Origin: a virus
Length of the DNA stretch: 50,035 nucleotides
Strand: one strand, 5' to 3'
Virus record (IMG/VR): IMGVR_UViG_3300022542_000276
The position numbers were made by a program, and so were the translations under genes. Positions 1 to 9,800 of this stretch are shown here, in pieces. The notes below the pieces were generated by a model. That model saw only the letters and a list, made by a program, of their open reading frames with translations, had not been told where the DNA came from and made no database searches. The first letter of the stretch is position 1, and each line of letters opens with the position of its first letter.

Positions 1-141
1 ATAAGCAATCAGACATAGCCACTCTCCTAAGCATAACTCCAGCTACCGTTTCCAACACCTTAAATTCCGAACTCGGTTCTCACAAACTATCCCAACTCCG
101 CCTCGCTCGCGACAAGGACTACATAAACGTCTCAAAAAAGG
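1..141. repeat. Terminal direct repeat, left copy. Identical to 49895-50035, consistent with a circular or overlapping contig end. Unique genome length 49,894 bp.
   Basis: Compared base by base: 'ataagcaatcagacatagcc...aacgtctcaaaaaagg' occurs at 1-141 and again at 49895-50035. Confidence 0.95.
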
Positions 142-452
142 TCTCTGAACTTGCCTCTAAGGCCTTATCAATCTATGAAGAAATCTTCGACTCTGAAACA
201 GTCTCCTATAACCTAAAAAAAGACGCTGCAGACACTATCTTAATGGACCTAGGTGGTCACCGCACTCCTACCAAAATAGACACTCGCTCCCTCCACTTAA
301 CTGCTACCCCTGATGAAATATCTGAATTTAAACGCTTAGGCATCAAAGCTGCTAAAGAATCTGGCTTTATAATAGAACTAAAAAACGAATCTACACCTAA
401 GCCTACACCTACACCTACGCCAACCAGATCGTTTAATAACCGAACGGACTAA
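1..452 (+). CDS. Putative small terminase / HTH DNA-binding protein, 3' part. The ORF wraps the junction and its 5' part is at 49747..50035. The collapsed ORF is 199 aa.
   Basis: Frame 3 is open from nt 3 to TAA 450-452 and is in phase with ATG 49747 once the 141-nt duplication is collapsed. It contains the HTH-like segment 'QSDIATLLSITPATVSNTLN' and heads the packaging arm. Track ORF 243..452 is only its last Met-initiated piece. Confidence 0.5.
   Translation, partial: KQSDIATLLSITPATVSNTLNSELGSHKLSQLRLARDKDYINVSKKVSELASKALSIYEEIFDSETVSYNLKKDAADTILMDLGGHRTPTKIDTRSLHLTATPDEISEFKRLGIKAAKESGFIIELKNESTPKPTPTPTPTRSFNNRTD
426..450. repeat. 25-nt dyad element, copy 1 (degenerate right arm)
   Basis: agatcgtttaataaccgaacggact. 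Lies inside the 3' end of the terS-like ORF and is read as RSFNNRTD*. Confidence 0.7.
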
Positions 453-454
453 CC

Positions 455-883
455 ATGAAATCTTACTTCGCTTCAGCCCTAATAACTGAACAGCTTCTAG
501 ACAACAACTTTGTCAGACTAACCAAATCCTTCAAATACTACAGCAACTATCTATCCAAAACCATAATCATCCCTAGAAACTTCATCTGTGACCTTGAATC
601 TGTTCCCTTACTAAAATCCTCATCTAACCACGCTGGTCTAATCCATGACTACTTCTGTCGAAAAGACTCTATCCCTATCCTGACCAAACAGCAAGCTGCT
701 ACCCTCTACTTCGAAGCCCAATCCCTTCGAGACTCTCTAACTTCCAAAACCTTCCTATCCAAACTACTCAAACTACTAACTCGCCACTTTAAAACCCTAA
801 CTGTCCGTATATTTCCCAACTACTTCCACAAACACTATGTCCTATCCACCTTAAACGAACTCAAAGGACTTAAAGGAAACTAG
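455..883 (+). CDS. Hypothetical protein, DUF1353-like
   Basis: 142-aa ORF starting 3 nt after the upstream stop. 'FICDLESVP...HDYFC' resembles the DUF1353 signature as I remember it; this is not verified. Confidence 0.4.
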   Translation: MKSYFASALITEQLLDNNFVRLTKSFKYYSNYLSKTIIIPRNFICDLESVPLLKSSSNHAGLIHDYFCRKDSIPILTKQQAATLYFEAQSLRDSLTSKTFLSKLLKLLTRHFKTLTVRIFPNYFHKHYVLSTLNELKGLKGN

Positions 884-1888
884 ATGAAAAAATTATCAAT
901 AATTATTTCCAATCGCAACGACTTAACAATGCTCTCTGTAACCGTTCGCTCTTGCATAGAAGCCTTACGCCCTATAGGCCTCCCTAACTGTGAAATAGTA
1001 ATAGTTGACAACTCTGACGAATCCATCTACAAACTCCTACCTTCCATCCTCCCAACCGGCTACATCTCCGAAGGTCTAATTCAAATCTATCGCCAACCTA
1101 CCCCTTGCCTCTTCACCGCACGAGAACTAGCCGCTTCCAAATCTACTGGCACTTACATCCTTTGCCTAGACTCTCACATGCTAATCGGTCACAACATGCT
1201 AGTTGACTTACTCTCCTTTATGAATCGCCACTCTGATGACCCTACCTTAGGCTTTGCCCATGCTCCAATAAACTGGGCTCACCAGCATGACCGTGCTTCC
1301 AAACACGACCGAGATATGTCCCTTAACGAATTAGGTTCTTGGAACTTAAAATATAATAAAGAACGTACAATTACTTGGAAAGGTATGCCCTGGATCTGCC
1401 GACGTACTTGGTTCCTAGACAAACTCAATGGCCTAAACGGCTATGGCGCCCTCTCACAGCACCAAATCTCTTGGGGTGGTGGCGACCTTCACATCGGCGT
1501 CAAGCCTTGGCTACTTGGCTTTAAAAACTGGGCAGTACCTACCAACCCTGGAATCCACATAGGTCCTTTCCCAAAAATAGATACTGGCAAAAACCCTAAC
1601 GAAACCACTTGTGGCCCAGACAAATACCGTCTTTACTCTACTTCCGGAAACGGCCCTCATGCCATAGGCTTCCTAATCTCATGTTACGTATTAGGTGGCA
1701 TTCCTATGATGGAACGAAATAAAGCTGCTATAACTTCCCGCTTTGGTCGTTTCATAGATGTAGGCAAAAACTGGGATGCTGCCATAGCTTACGGCTCCGA
1801 TGAAAAAGCCTGGCTTGACTCCCGCAAAGTAATGTCTTTCGAACAACTACTAACCACTAAACCTTGGGAATCTACCAATGCCAATTAG
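884..1888 (+). CDS. Glycosyltransferase, GT-A fold (family 2-like) with a DxH motif
   Basis: 'LSIIISNRND' and 'EIVIVDNSDES' form a GT2-type N-terminus. 'CLDSHML' is a DxH metal motif like GT27 polypeptide GalNAc-transferases. Start abuts the upstream stop (TAGATG). Confidence 0.7.
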   Translation: MKKLSIIISNRNDLTMLSVTVRSCIEALRPIGLPNCEIVIVDNSDESIYKLLPSILPTGYISEGLIQIYRQPTPCLFTARELAASKSTGTYILCLDSHMLIGHNMLVDLLSFMNRHSDDPTLGFAHAPINWAHQHDRASKHDRDMSLNELGSWNLKYNKERTITWKGMPWICRRTWFLDKLNGLNGYGALSQHQISWGGGDLHIGVKPWLLGFKNWAVPTNPGIHIGPFPKIDTGKNPNETTCGPDKYRLYSTSGNGPHAIGFLISCYVLGGIPMMERNKAAITSRFGRFIDVGKNWDAAIAYGSDEKAWLDSRKVMSFEQLLTTKPWESTNAN

Positions 1889-2447
1889 TCATCAAAAAAA
1901 TATCTTCAGCGTACTCAACCTAGTAGATGATATACAAAAGCGTCTCGGTGTATCTTCTATCCTTGATATAGGCGCTGGATTCGGCAAATACGGACTCCTT
2001 CTTCGTGAACGTCTAGACATACGCTTCCTCCGCTATAACAAACCATCCTGGATAACTCGCATAGATGCTGTAGAACCCTACTCTGATTACATAACCCCTG
2101 TTCACAAATACATCTATGACAACATCTACTTAGACAAAATAGAAAACTTAGCATCTACCCTCCCTAACTACGACATAATCTTAATGATAGATTGCTTAGA
2201 ACACCTTGAAAAGTCTACTGGAGAAAAACTTCTAACAGAATTAGACTCTAAAACTAACAAACTACTAATCTTGTCCTTTCCTAATATTTACCAAGCAAGG
2301 GCCGGCGCCGACTGGATCAATGACTTAGAGCGCCATCGCTGTCTATGGACTAAAGAAGACCTAACATTCATACTAGGTCCTGTAAACCATCACAAGTTTA
2401 CAATCTATGTAAAAGATAAAACTAATCAAACTAACCAGATCGTTTAA
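1878..2447 (+). CDS. Class I SAM-dependent methyltransferase
   Basis: Motif I 'ILDIGAGFGKYG' and 'ILMIDCLEHL'. It overlaps the glycosyltransferase gene by 11 nt, and its stop lies inside a dyad copy (protein ends ...NQIV*). Confidence 0.7.
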   Translation: MPISHQKNIFSVLNLVDDIQKRLGVSSILDIGAGFGKYGLLLRERLDIRFLRYNKPSWITRIDAVEPYSDYITPVHKYIYDNIYLDKIENLASTLPNYDIILMIDCLEHLEKSTGEKLLTELDSKTNKLLILSFPNIYQARAGADWINDLERHRCLWTKEDLTFILGPVNHHKFTIYVKDKTNQTNQIV

Positions 2448-2461
2448 TTATGGAACAATCT
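2437..2461. repeat. 25-nt dyad element, copy 2 (degenerate right arm)
   Basis: agatcgtttaattatggaacaatct. Overlaps the methyltransferase stop and ends 2 nt before the TerL ATG. Confidence 0.65.
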
Positions 2462-2462
2462 A

Positions 2463-4028
2463 ATGGATAAAACAACTAAAGAAATACACTCTCTATGTTC
2501 TGTCTCCACTTGTATAACTGCCCAAACTTTCTTCCCTAACCGTTTCTACCTACCTTTCGCTAAAAAAGTCCATGGAGAGATCTTCAAACTAATAGACGGC
2601 CCTGATAACAAAATCGCTATCGCTGCCCCTCGTGGTTGGGGAAAAACTTCCATTGTAGCCCTAGCCTTAATGGCTCGCTACATCATGTACTCTCTAACCG
2701 GCTTCATCTGCTACATAAACAAATCTCATGACGCTGCCTCCCTTCAAACCGAAAATCTCCGCCGTGAACTCGTAACCAATCGAATGATAAAGCACTTCTT
2801 TGGCAACTTCAAACATCACAATGCTAACAACAATGAGTTTGATGAAGTATTCTCAAAAAAGGCCTGGGTTGCTTATAACACCCTAGTCTGGCCACGCGGT
2901 GCTGGCCAACAAGTCCGGGGTGTACTATTCAAAGATGACCGACCTGGACTTATAATAATAGATGACCTTGAAGACCCTGAACACATCGAAAATGAAGAGT
3001 ATCGTCGCAAACAGTTCGAATGGCTCTACGCTGACGTAATCAAGGCTGTCCCACGAATAGGCAAAGGTGCAAAAGACTACAAAATAGTCTACATCGACAC
3101 CCTCAAGCATGAAGACGCACTAATCCAAAAACTTCTTGACTCTCCCGAATGGAAATCTATACGCCTGGAAGCCTGTGACGACAACTTCAAATCCTCAGCT
3201 CCCGAATTCATGTCTGATGAAGACATCCAACGTGAGTGGCAGGAACATCTAGACTCTGGTCAATCTGATGTATTCTTTCGTGAACTCCGAAACCTACCTA
3301 TCTCGACCAAAGACTCTGCTTTCCGTAAAGAGTACTTCCATTACTACAACGTAGAACATTCAACTCGAGATGAACAAGACTTGGCTATCACCGATCCTGA
3401 AATACAGCAAGACCAATCTATCGAAACAGTAATCTTACTTGATCCTGCTAAAACAGTCAAAATCCATTCAGCTGAGTCGGCCATCCTTGGAATCGGCATA
3501 GACTTAAAAAATGCTAGACTCTACCTTCGAGATGGCATCTCAGAAAAAATGTACCCAGATGAAATCTACGATGCACTATTCAGTATGGCACTTAACCTTA
3601 ATGCCAAAGTAATAGGCATTGAAGAAACTGGCTTAAACGAATTCATAAAGCAACCTATAAAAAACGAAATGTTCAAACGAGCAGCAGGCAACAAAGGTGC
3701 ATTCTACGAACTCATCTGGCTCAAAGCCCGAGGCGGCATGAATGGTGAGAAGGGCAAATCCTTACGAATAAAAGAACTTGTACCATATTATCGACAAGGC
3801 TACATCTATCACAACAAGCGCTGTGCTATAATCTCTAAGCTTGAACAACAACTCCTCATGTTTCCTCGTTCGCGCCTATGGGACTTAATGGACTGCTTAG
3901 CCTACATCATCGAGATGCTCGAACTAGGTGAACGCTACTTTAGTCCACAAGATAAAATCGAAGATATCGAAGCTGAATATGCTGAACTAGAATATGAAAA
4001 ATCTTTAGAAGGGTACGAGATCATTTAA
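2463..4028 (+). CDS. terL: Terminase large subunit
   Basis: Walker A 'AAPRGWGKTS', Walker B 'GLIIIDDLED', a C-terminal nuclease-like half, 521 aa. Stop lies inside a dyad copy (...EII*). Confidence 0.85.
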   Translation: MDKTTKEIHSLCSVSTCITAQTFFPNRFYLPFAKKVHGEIFKLIDGPDNKIAIAAPRGWGKTSIVALALMARYIMYSLTGFICYINKSHDAASLQTENLRRELVTNRMIKHFFGNFKHHNANNNEFDEVFSKKAWVAYNTLVWPRGAGQQVRGVLFKDDRPGLIIIDDLEDPEHIENEEYRRKQFEWLYADVIKAVPRIGKGAKDYKIVYIDTLKHEDALIQKLLDSPEWKSIRLEACDDNFKSSAPEFMSDEDIQREWQEHLDSGQSDVFFRELRNLPISTKDSAFRKEYFHYYNVEHSTRDEQDLAITDPEIQQDQSIETVILLDPAKTVKIHSAESAILGIGIDLKNARLYLRDGISEKMYPDEIYDALFSMALNLNAKVIGIEETGLNEFIKQPIKNEMFKRAAGNKGAFYELIWLKARGGMNGEKGKSLRIKELVPYYRQGYIYHNKRCAIISKLEQQLLMFPRSRLWDLMDCLAYIIEMLELGERYFSPQDKIEDIEAEYAELEYEKSLEGYEII

Positions 4029-4042
4029 TAATTAAACGATCT
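4018..4042. repeat. 25-nt dyad element, copy 3
   Basis: agatcatttaataattaaacgatct. Overlaps the TerL stop and lies 20 nt upstream of ATG 4063. Confidence 0.9.
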
Positions 4043-4062
4043 TGATACATAAAGGATAAAAC

Positions 4063-4290
4063 ATGGCAGATCTTAATCTAATAAACCAGCAAATATATAC
4101 AGATCAAATACAGCCAAAGATTCAACAACTAAAAACACAAATGGATCTACGAATCCCAATCTGGCAGAAAATCTCCCCTGAAAAAAGGAAAGCATGGATT
4201 TTAAGTGGCAAAGATCCTCTTATGACTCTTGCATGGAATATATATAATTATCTTAAAAATAATTTTTTTGGAGATGTAAAAGATGGCTAA
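4063..4290 (+). CDS. Hypothetical protein
   Basis: 75-aa ORF with 'aaaggataaaac' SD-like sequence before the ATG. Confidence 0.55.
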   Translation: MADLNLINQQIYTDQIQPKIQQLKTQMDLRIPIWQKISPEKRKAWILSGKDPLMTLAWNIYNYLKNNFFGDVKDG

Positions 4291-4627
4291 TTATTCCTTT
4301 AAACCAATGCCTGATGTACCAGTAGATAAGACATTTACTGGGGACAATTTTTATCAGCTTGAGCCAGAAACCGAAATCTTTGCTGGGGTTACAGGACTGA
4401 CATTTGTTCGCTGTAACCTTACAAATTGTAAGATACCAGTTGATGCTGAAACAGTATCCTGTCGGCATGTTCAGTTTGAGTTCTGTACGAATCTTAGACC
4501 TGATTTGATTGACAGGGGTTTAGATGCTTGTGTGACAGAGTGTACACATATGCAAAGTAAAGAAATAATAAGCATTGACGGAGTTGTACTGGATACAGTT
4601 TATAAGTATCAAGATGTGAGGGTATAA
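4283..4627 (+). CDS. Hypothetical protein
   Basis: 114-aa ORF. Overlaps the upstream gene by 8 nt and the downstream gene by TAATG. Confidence 0.55.
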   Translation: MANYSFKPMPDVPVDKTFTGDNFYQLEPETEIFAGVTGLTFVRCNLTNCKIPVDAETVSCRHVQFEFCTNLRPDLIDRGLDACVTECTHMQSKEIISIDGVVLDTVYKYQDVRV

Positions 4628-5667
4628 TGACTGATTATTATGTAGATGCAACAGCATCAGGAAATAATGATGGATCAAGTCAGGCCAATGCTTGGGAGAG
4701 TCTGCAAGAAGCTATTGACAGTACGAATAATATAGGGAAACCAGCAGCAGGGGATAGAGTCTTATTACGACATACCGCAAGCCCTGATGAGCAACCAACG
4801 GTTGTGGTAAATGTTGATGGTACAACCGGAAGTGAAAAATTATATATTCAGTGGGTAGGTTGCAATAGTTCATGGGTTGAAAATGGAACAAAGTACGAAC
4901 TTGATTTTCAAAATGCTGTATCAACTGACGGCTTAGATTTTACTAATGCAGCCGTTGATTATATGATTTGGAAGCATATTGAAATATACAATGCTGATGA
5001 AGACGGATTTCATTTTGGAGTTACTGGAACTTACTATCATCATTTTATAGACTGTATAGCAAGAAATAATGGGCAACGTGGATTTAATGGATATAGAAAC
5101 TATCGAGCGATCTATTTTGGCTGTCTTGCTTACGGAAATGGTCAATATGGATTTTACGTAAATTCTAATTCTTTTGTAGCGTTTTGTTGCTCAAGAGATA
5201 ATACTTATTCAGGTTTTACTGCTCCCTATCAATCAGCTGGACTTTTCTACAACTGTCTTGCTTTTGATAATACCTGGCAGGGATTCGACTATGTTGCCAC
5301 CTATAACTGGTTAATTAATTGCGTAGCTGACAATAATGACTATGGAAATATTAGTTTATCTGATTATAACAATATTTTATTAGGATGCAGAATCACAAAT
5401 GCTCCAGCTACCAAATATGGCGTAGATGCGAATACAGAGCTTTTCTTTTCTTTTCTGAACTACTTTGAAGATAACGCAGGCGGGAATAAGCTCGACGCAA
5501 CAAATGAGATATTTCTAAGTACAACCAACTCAACTGATACTAGTCAATATGATCAAGCAGACATAAATGAAGGTTATATAAGCTTGACGGAAGGTTCAGA
5601 AGATTATCGTCTTAGGACTGATTCAACTGGATTCAGTCAAGCAATTCAGATACCAATGGGACAGTAA
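4627..5667 (+). CDS. Putative tail spike / parallel beta-helix protein
   Basis: Periodic 'N(N/G)xxxGF' coils (NNGQRGFNGY, GNGQYGFYV, NTYSGFTA, NTWQGFDY, NNDYGNISL) are typical of right-handed beta-helix (pectate-lyase-like) folds. Confidence 0.5.
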   Translation: MTDYYVDATASGNNDGSSQANAWESLQEAIDSTNNIGKPAAGDRVLLRHTASPDEQPTVVVNVDGTTGSEKLYIQWVGCNSSWVENGTKYELDFQNAVSTDGLDFTNAAVDYMIWKHIEIYNADEDGFHFGVTGTYYHHFIDCIARNNGQRGFNGYRNYRAIYFGCLAYGNGQYGFYVNSNSFVAFCCSRDNTYSGFTAPYQSAGLFYNCLAFDNTWQGFDYVATYNWLINCVADNNDYGNISLSDYNNILLGCRITNAPATKYGVDANTELFFSFLNYFEDNAGGNKLDATNEIFLSTTNSTDTSQYDQADINEGYISLTEGSEDYRLRTDSTGFSQAIQIPMGQ

Positions 5668-6444
5668 ATGGCTGACGAAAACAAAATATATATCAGTGCG
5701 GGTCTAATACCTAAAAAAGATACTGGAAGTGGAATATCTAATAAGGTCTATCTCAGTGCTGGTCTAACTCCTGATGTTGAATCAGTTGTTACTACTACTG
5801 CACCTACTACTCTAGCACCAACTACACTTGCGCCTACTACTTCACCTCCTACCACTCCACCTCCAACAACTATCGCACCTACTACATTACCACCTACTAC
5901 ACCTAGCCCAACTACCCCTTCTCCAACTACCTTACCTTCCACAACTATTGCACCAACAACACCTAGTCCAACAACTTTAGCACCTACAACTATATCCCCT
6001 ACCACTTTAGAACCTACAACAGTGACACCAACTACATTACCTACCACTGTACCTCCTACAACCTTAGCACCTACTACTCTTGTTCCTACTACTGAAGTCA
6101 CAACATTAGCACCTACGACAGAGGCTCCAACTACACCTGAACCTACAACAACTGCTCCTACGACTTTACTGCCGACCACACTTGCACCAACGACTATAGC
6201 CCCTACTACTTTAGTCCCTACTACTCCCAGTCCTACAACCCTAGCACCTACTACATTAGCAACTACTCTAGGACCAACTACTACCCTAACCACACCTGGA
6301 CCTACTACTGCTCCACCATCTATGCCATGTGGAGATAAAACTATAAAGATAATACAAGATAATCTAACCATAAACCTTATACAAGACAATCTAACCATCA
6401 ATCTTGCACAAGACAACTTAATCATAAACATCACACCATGCTAG
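5668..6444 (+). CDS. Mucin-like Pro/Thr-repeat protein
   Basis: 258 aa, of which about 176 aa are xPTT(L/I)A-type repeats. The N-terminus has a duplicated '(I/V)Y(I/L)SAGL(I/T)P', and the C-terminus has 3x 'IQDNLTIN'. Confidence 0.7.
   Translation: MADENKIYISAGLIPKKDTGSGISNKVYLSAGLTPDVESVVTTTAPTTLAPTTLAPTTSPPTTPPPTTIAPTTLPPTTPSPTTPSPTTLPSTTIAPTTPSPTTLAPTTISPTTLEPTTVTPTTLPTTVPPTTLAPTTLVPTTEVTTLAPTTEAPTTPEPTTTAPTTLLPTTLAPTTIAPTTLVPTTPSPTTLAPTTLATTLGPTTTLTTPGPTTAPPSMPCGDKTIKIIQDNLTINLIQDNLTINLAQDNLIINITPC
5791..6318 (+). repeat. Coding tandem array of APTT(L/I)-type Pro/Thr repeats
   Basis: Residues 42-217 of the 5668..6444 product. The antisense 'VVG' ORF 5748..6434 is a by-product of this array. 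Confidence 0.9.
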
Positions 6445-6454
6445 GAATATAACA

Positions 6455-6814
6455 ATGGAACAGATTAAATGCTACAAAGATAGAAACAATACTTTTTGGA
6501 TAAAACTATACAAAGACAACATTATCCTAACCCCTGCTGAAATGGCTGTGATTACAAAGTTTGAAATAAAACATCAAGGAACCTACTACAACTCTACTGA
6601 TAACCCAACTGGATTCACTCGAGACGATGCAAATGGCAGAGTCAAAATCAAACCTTTTGAACTTGATTTACCAACTTCAAAAGACCTTGTAGAATTCCTA
6701 GTCTACGACGCTGGCGACAACACTAACGGACTATACTGGACTACCTTTGAACTATCAATAAGAAACGATGTACTTATACCTACTACACTTGCTCCCACTA
6801 CTGCAGCACCATAA
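6455..6814 (+). CDS. Hypothetical virion-arm protein with a C-terminal PT tail
   Basis: 119 aa ending 'IPTTLAPTTAAP*' (nt 6776-6811). Confidence 0.6.
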   Translation: MEQIKCYKDRNNTFWIKLYKDNIILTPAEMAVITKFEIKHQGTYYNSTDNPTGFTRDDANGRVKIKPFELDLPTSKDLVEFLVYDAGDNTNGLYWTTFELSIRNDVLIPTTLAPTTAAP

Positions 6815-6825
6815 GGATATTTAAT

Positions 6826-6850
6826 ATATCGTTTAATAATTAAACGAACT
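6826..6850. repeat. 25-nt dyad element, copy 4
   Basis: atatcgtttaataattaaacgaact, followed directly by 'ggagaaacca' and ATG 6861 (portal). Confidence 0.9.
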
Positions 6851-6860
6851 GGAGAAACCA

Positions 6861-9800
6861 ATGCCTTATATATCAACTGGAGAACCAACTACTCCTGGTA
6901 AAACAACTATGGACTACTCTAGAATGTCCTTTGACTACGACTATCCTAACAACCTAAACCTAAAGCCAGGCAGTAAACTCCACGATAGGATAAAAAGTAA
7001 GATTTGGCAGCGTGCTAGGGAATCCCGCAATGAAATGTCTAAACGATTCAAATCCTGGAAAGAAATAGACAAAACTATGACTGTCTACATCCCTTTAAAA
7101 GACAAAGAAAAAGAACTTAGAGAAAAAGACCCTACTAAACCCGTATCTATCGTAATCCCTTACTCTTACTCAGTCCTTGAATCCCTCATGACTTACATGT
7201 CTATGGCATTCTTCCAGGACCCTATATTCAGATATGAAGGTGTAGAAGACTCAGACACTATCGGTGCTATGTTAATGGAACTAGTTATCAAAACACACTG
7301 TATCAAAAGTAAAGTCCCATTAGCTATCCACACTATACTTAAAGACAGCTTTAAATACGGCATAGGCATTGGAATACCTGGATGGACTAAACAAAATGGC
7401 AGAGTACCCATCAGATCTAATTCAATAACTAATAGCACCCTAGGCACTCAAACAACACAGCAAGTAGAATTCATAGACAAACTAGTCTACGAGGGCAATA
7501 ACTTAACAAATATCGACCCTTACTTATGGTTCCCTGACCCTTCTGTCTCAAGTGATAAAATCCAAGACGGTGAATTTATAGGCTGGTTAGATCGTGACAA
7601 CTACATGAACATGTTATCTAACGAAGCATCTTCAAATGGCGAAATCTTCAATGTTAAGTATCTAAAAGCTAAAAAATGGAAAAGGTCTTCACTCTCAATA
7701 GATGAAAGTGAAAGGGAAACAAAGTTCGGTGGAACATCTAAAGAACATCGTGGATTAACCACTTCGACCAATCCAGTAGATAACATAAAAATGTACATTA
7801 ACTTAATTCCAAAAGACTGGGGAATCGGCCAAGGTGAATACCCAGAAAAGTGGTTCTTTAACTTAGCCGCTGACGACATTATTACAGAAATGTATCGAGC
7901 TGATCACAATCATGGAATGTATCCTATGGCTATAGCCAGTCCTGAATACGACGGATATACTATAACCCCTATTGGCCGGATGGAACTTTTAACAGGTTCA
8001 CAAGAAACAATAAACTTCCTTTTTAACTGTTATGATGACAAAACTGAAGTACTAACAGATGTTGGATGGATTAATTTGTCTAAGGCAAAAGAGTCAAATA
8101 TGAATGTTGCTACAGTAGACCCTAAAAATGGATCTATGTGGTTTGAAGAACCTAAACAGTGGTTTGAGTATGACTATGATGATATACTAAACACATTTGA
8201 GTCTAAGAGATATAGTTTATCTGTGACTCCAAATCATAGTATGTTTGGTAAATATAGATACTCTAACAAACCTGAATTTAAGCCTGCTAATCTATTACAT
8301 AATAGAAGTAAATGGGATGAGTTTAAGATTCCTACAACTGTACAATTTATAGGTATTCAACTAAACTATACAGAGATACCTCCAGCAAAACGAAAAGGTA
8401 ATACTGGTAGACTACCTAGACAATCTCCAGTTAATATAAGTCCTGATATATTACCTGGATTTCTTGGTTGGTTACTCAGTGATGGAAGTATAAATATAGG
8501 TAAAAGTAGTGGGACTTATACAGTAACTATAAAGCAGGTTAAAGAGAAATACTTTAATGAGATAGACTATTTTACCAAAAATCTTCCATTTCATGTAGGT
8601 AAATACTTTAGTAAAAAACAATCTTCATGGCAGTGGAGTATAACTGATAAGGGATTTTATAGTTGGTTGAAGGACAACTGCTATCATGGAGGAACAACTG
8701 GAGAGTTTAAAGAAGTTCCTGATATTATAAGGAATGCTGATAGATTTACCTTAAATAGGTTCCTTGAGTCTTTCATACATGGAGATGGGCATGAGATAGA
8801 AGGACATAAAAACTTAATTCAGATAGGCACCGAAAGTAAACAACTATCTGATGACTTACAAGAGATAGCTATAAAACTTGGGTATAGTTGCTCTATTAGA
8901 AATACATGTACTAGTACAGGTAAGCCTTTCTGGTACTTAAATATAAACAAGAATGCTCCATGGGCTACTATAACAGACAAAAATTCATCTGAAGTCTACT
9001 ACAAAGGTAAAGTATACTGCTTTGAAAACTCTACTCATCTAACTATAATCAGACGTAATGGGAAAGTATCTATATGTGGACAGAGTCATATAGCTAATGT
9101 CCGCAAGGCTGTAAACGATATGTTCGTGGTCGACCCTTACCTAATAAACATAAATGATTTAACAAAGCCTGGCGCTGGAAAGATAATAAGGACTCGCCGT
9201 CCTGCCTGGGGACATGGTGTAAAGGGAGCGGTAGAACAACTAATGGTCAATGACATTACTAGATCCAACCTAGCTGACGTTCAGTATATGACTAACACTA
9301 TGGATCGTCTATTCGGCACTGATTCTTCAATGGCTGGTGTTATGCGACAGGGAGGTCCTGAGCGACTAACTAAAGGTGAATTTCAAGGCACACGTGGCTC
9401 AGCTATTTCCAGACTACAACAAACTGCTATGATCATAGGTATGCAATTCATGCAAGACATAGGCACTATGTTTGCTGTTCACACTCAACAAAATATGACT
9501 ACTGAAGCCTTCATAAATACCACTGGAAGATATGCTGGACAGTTAGCCAAAATCTATGGCCCAGAAGCTACAAAGATCGCAGTCTCACCTATGGACCTAG
9601 CAATTGCTACAGACTTAATCGTCCGAGACGGTTCAATCCCAGGAGGAAACTTCTCTGAAGCCTGGCTACAAATGTTTAAAACTATTGGCTCCTCAGAACA
9701 ACTAATGCAAGAATTTGATATAACAAGAATCTTCATGTATATAGCGCAAGAACTCGGTGCTAAGAATGTAGAAGACTTCAAACGTAATGTAGATCGAATC

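Noticed and set aside
1-4000. An apparent strand-wide C>G skew from about 46.4 kb across the junction to about 4 kb, considered as a replication-related skew domain.
   Set aside because: Hand counts of individual 60-nt lines do show C>>G on the + strand there, on both coding polarities. However, other sampled lines (portal C-terminus, ligase, AAA_24 gene) break the pattern. Amino-acid composition explains much of it: Thr/Pro/Leu-rich + genes and Lys/Glu/Arg-rich - genes. A proper cumulative-skew calculation is needed before any claim.
5748-6434. A long antisense ORF (228 aa, 'VVGxxVVG' repeats) opposite the PT-repeat gene. Similar antisense ORFs occur at 10184..10711, 16574..16816 and 20045..20281.
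   Set aside because: They are the reverse-complement reading of ACT/CCT-rich Thr/Pro repeat DNA. They lack SDs, sit inside well-supported sense genes, and run against the uniform strand polarity of this arm.
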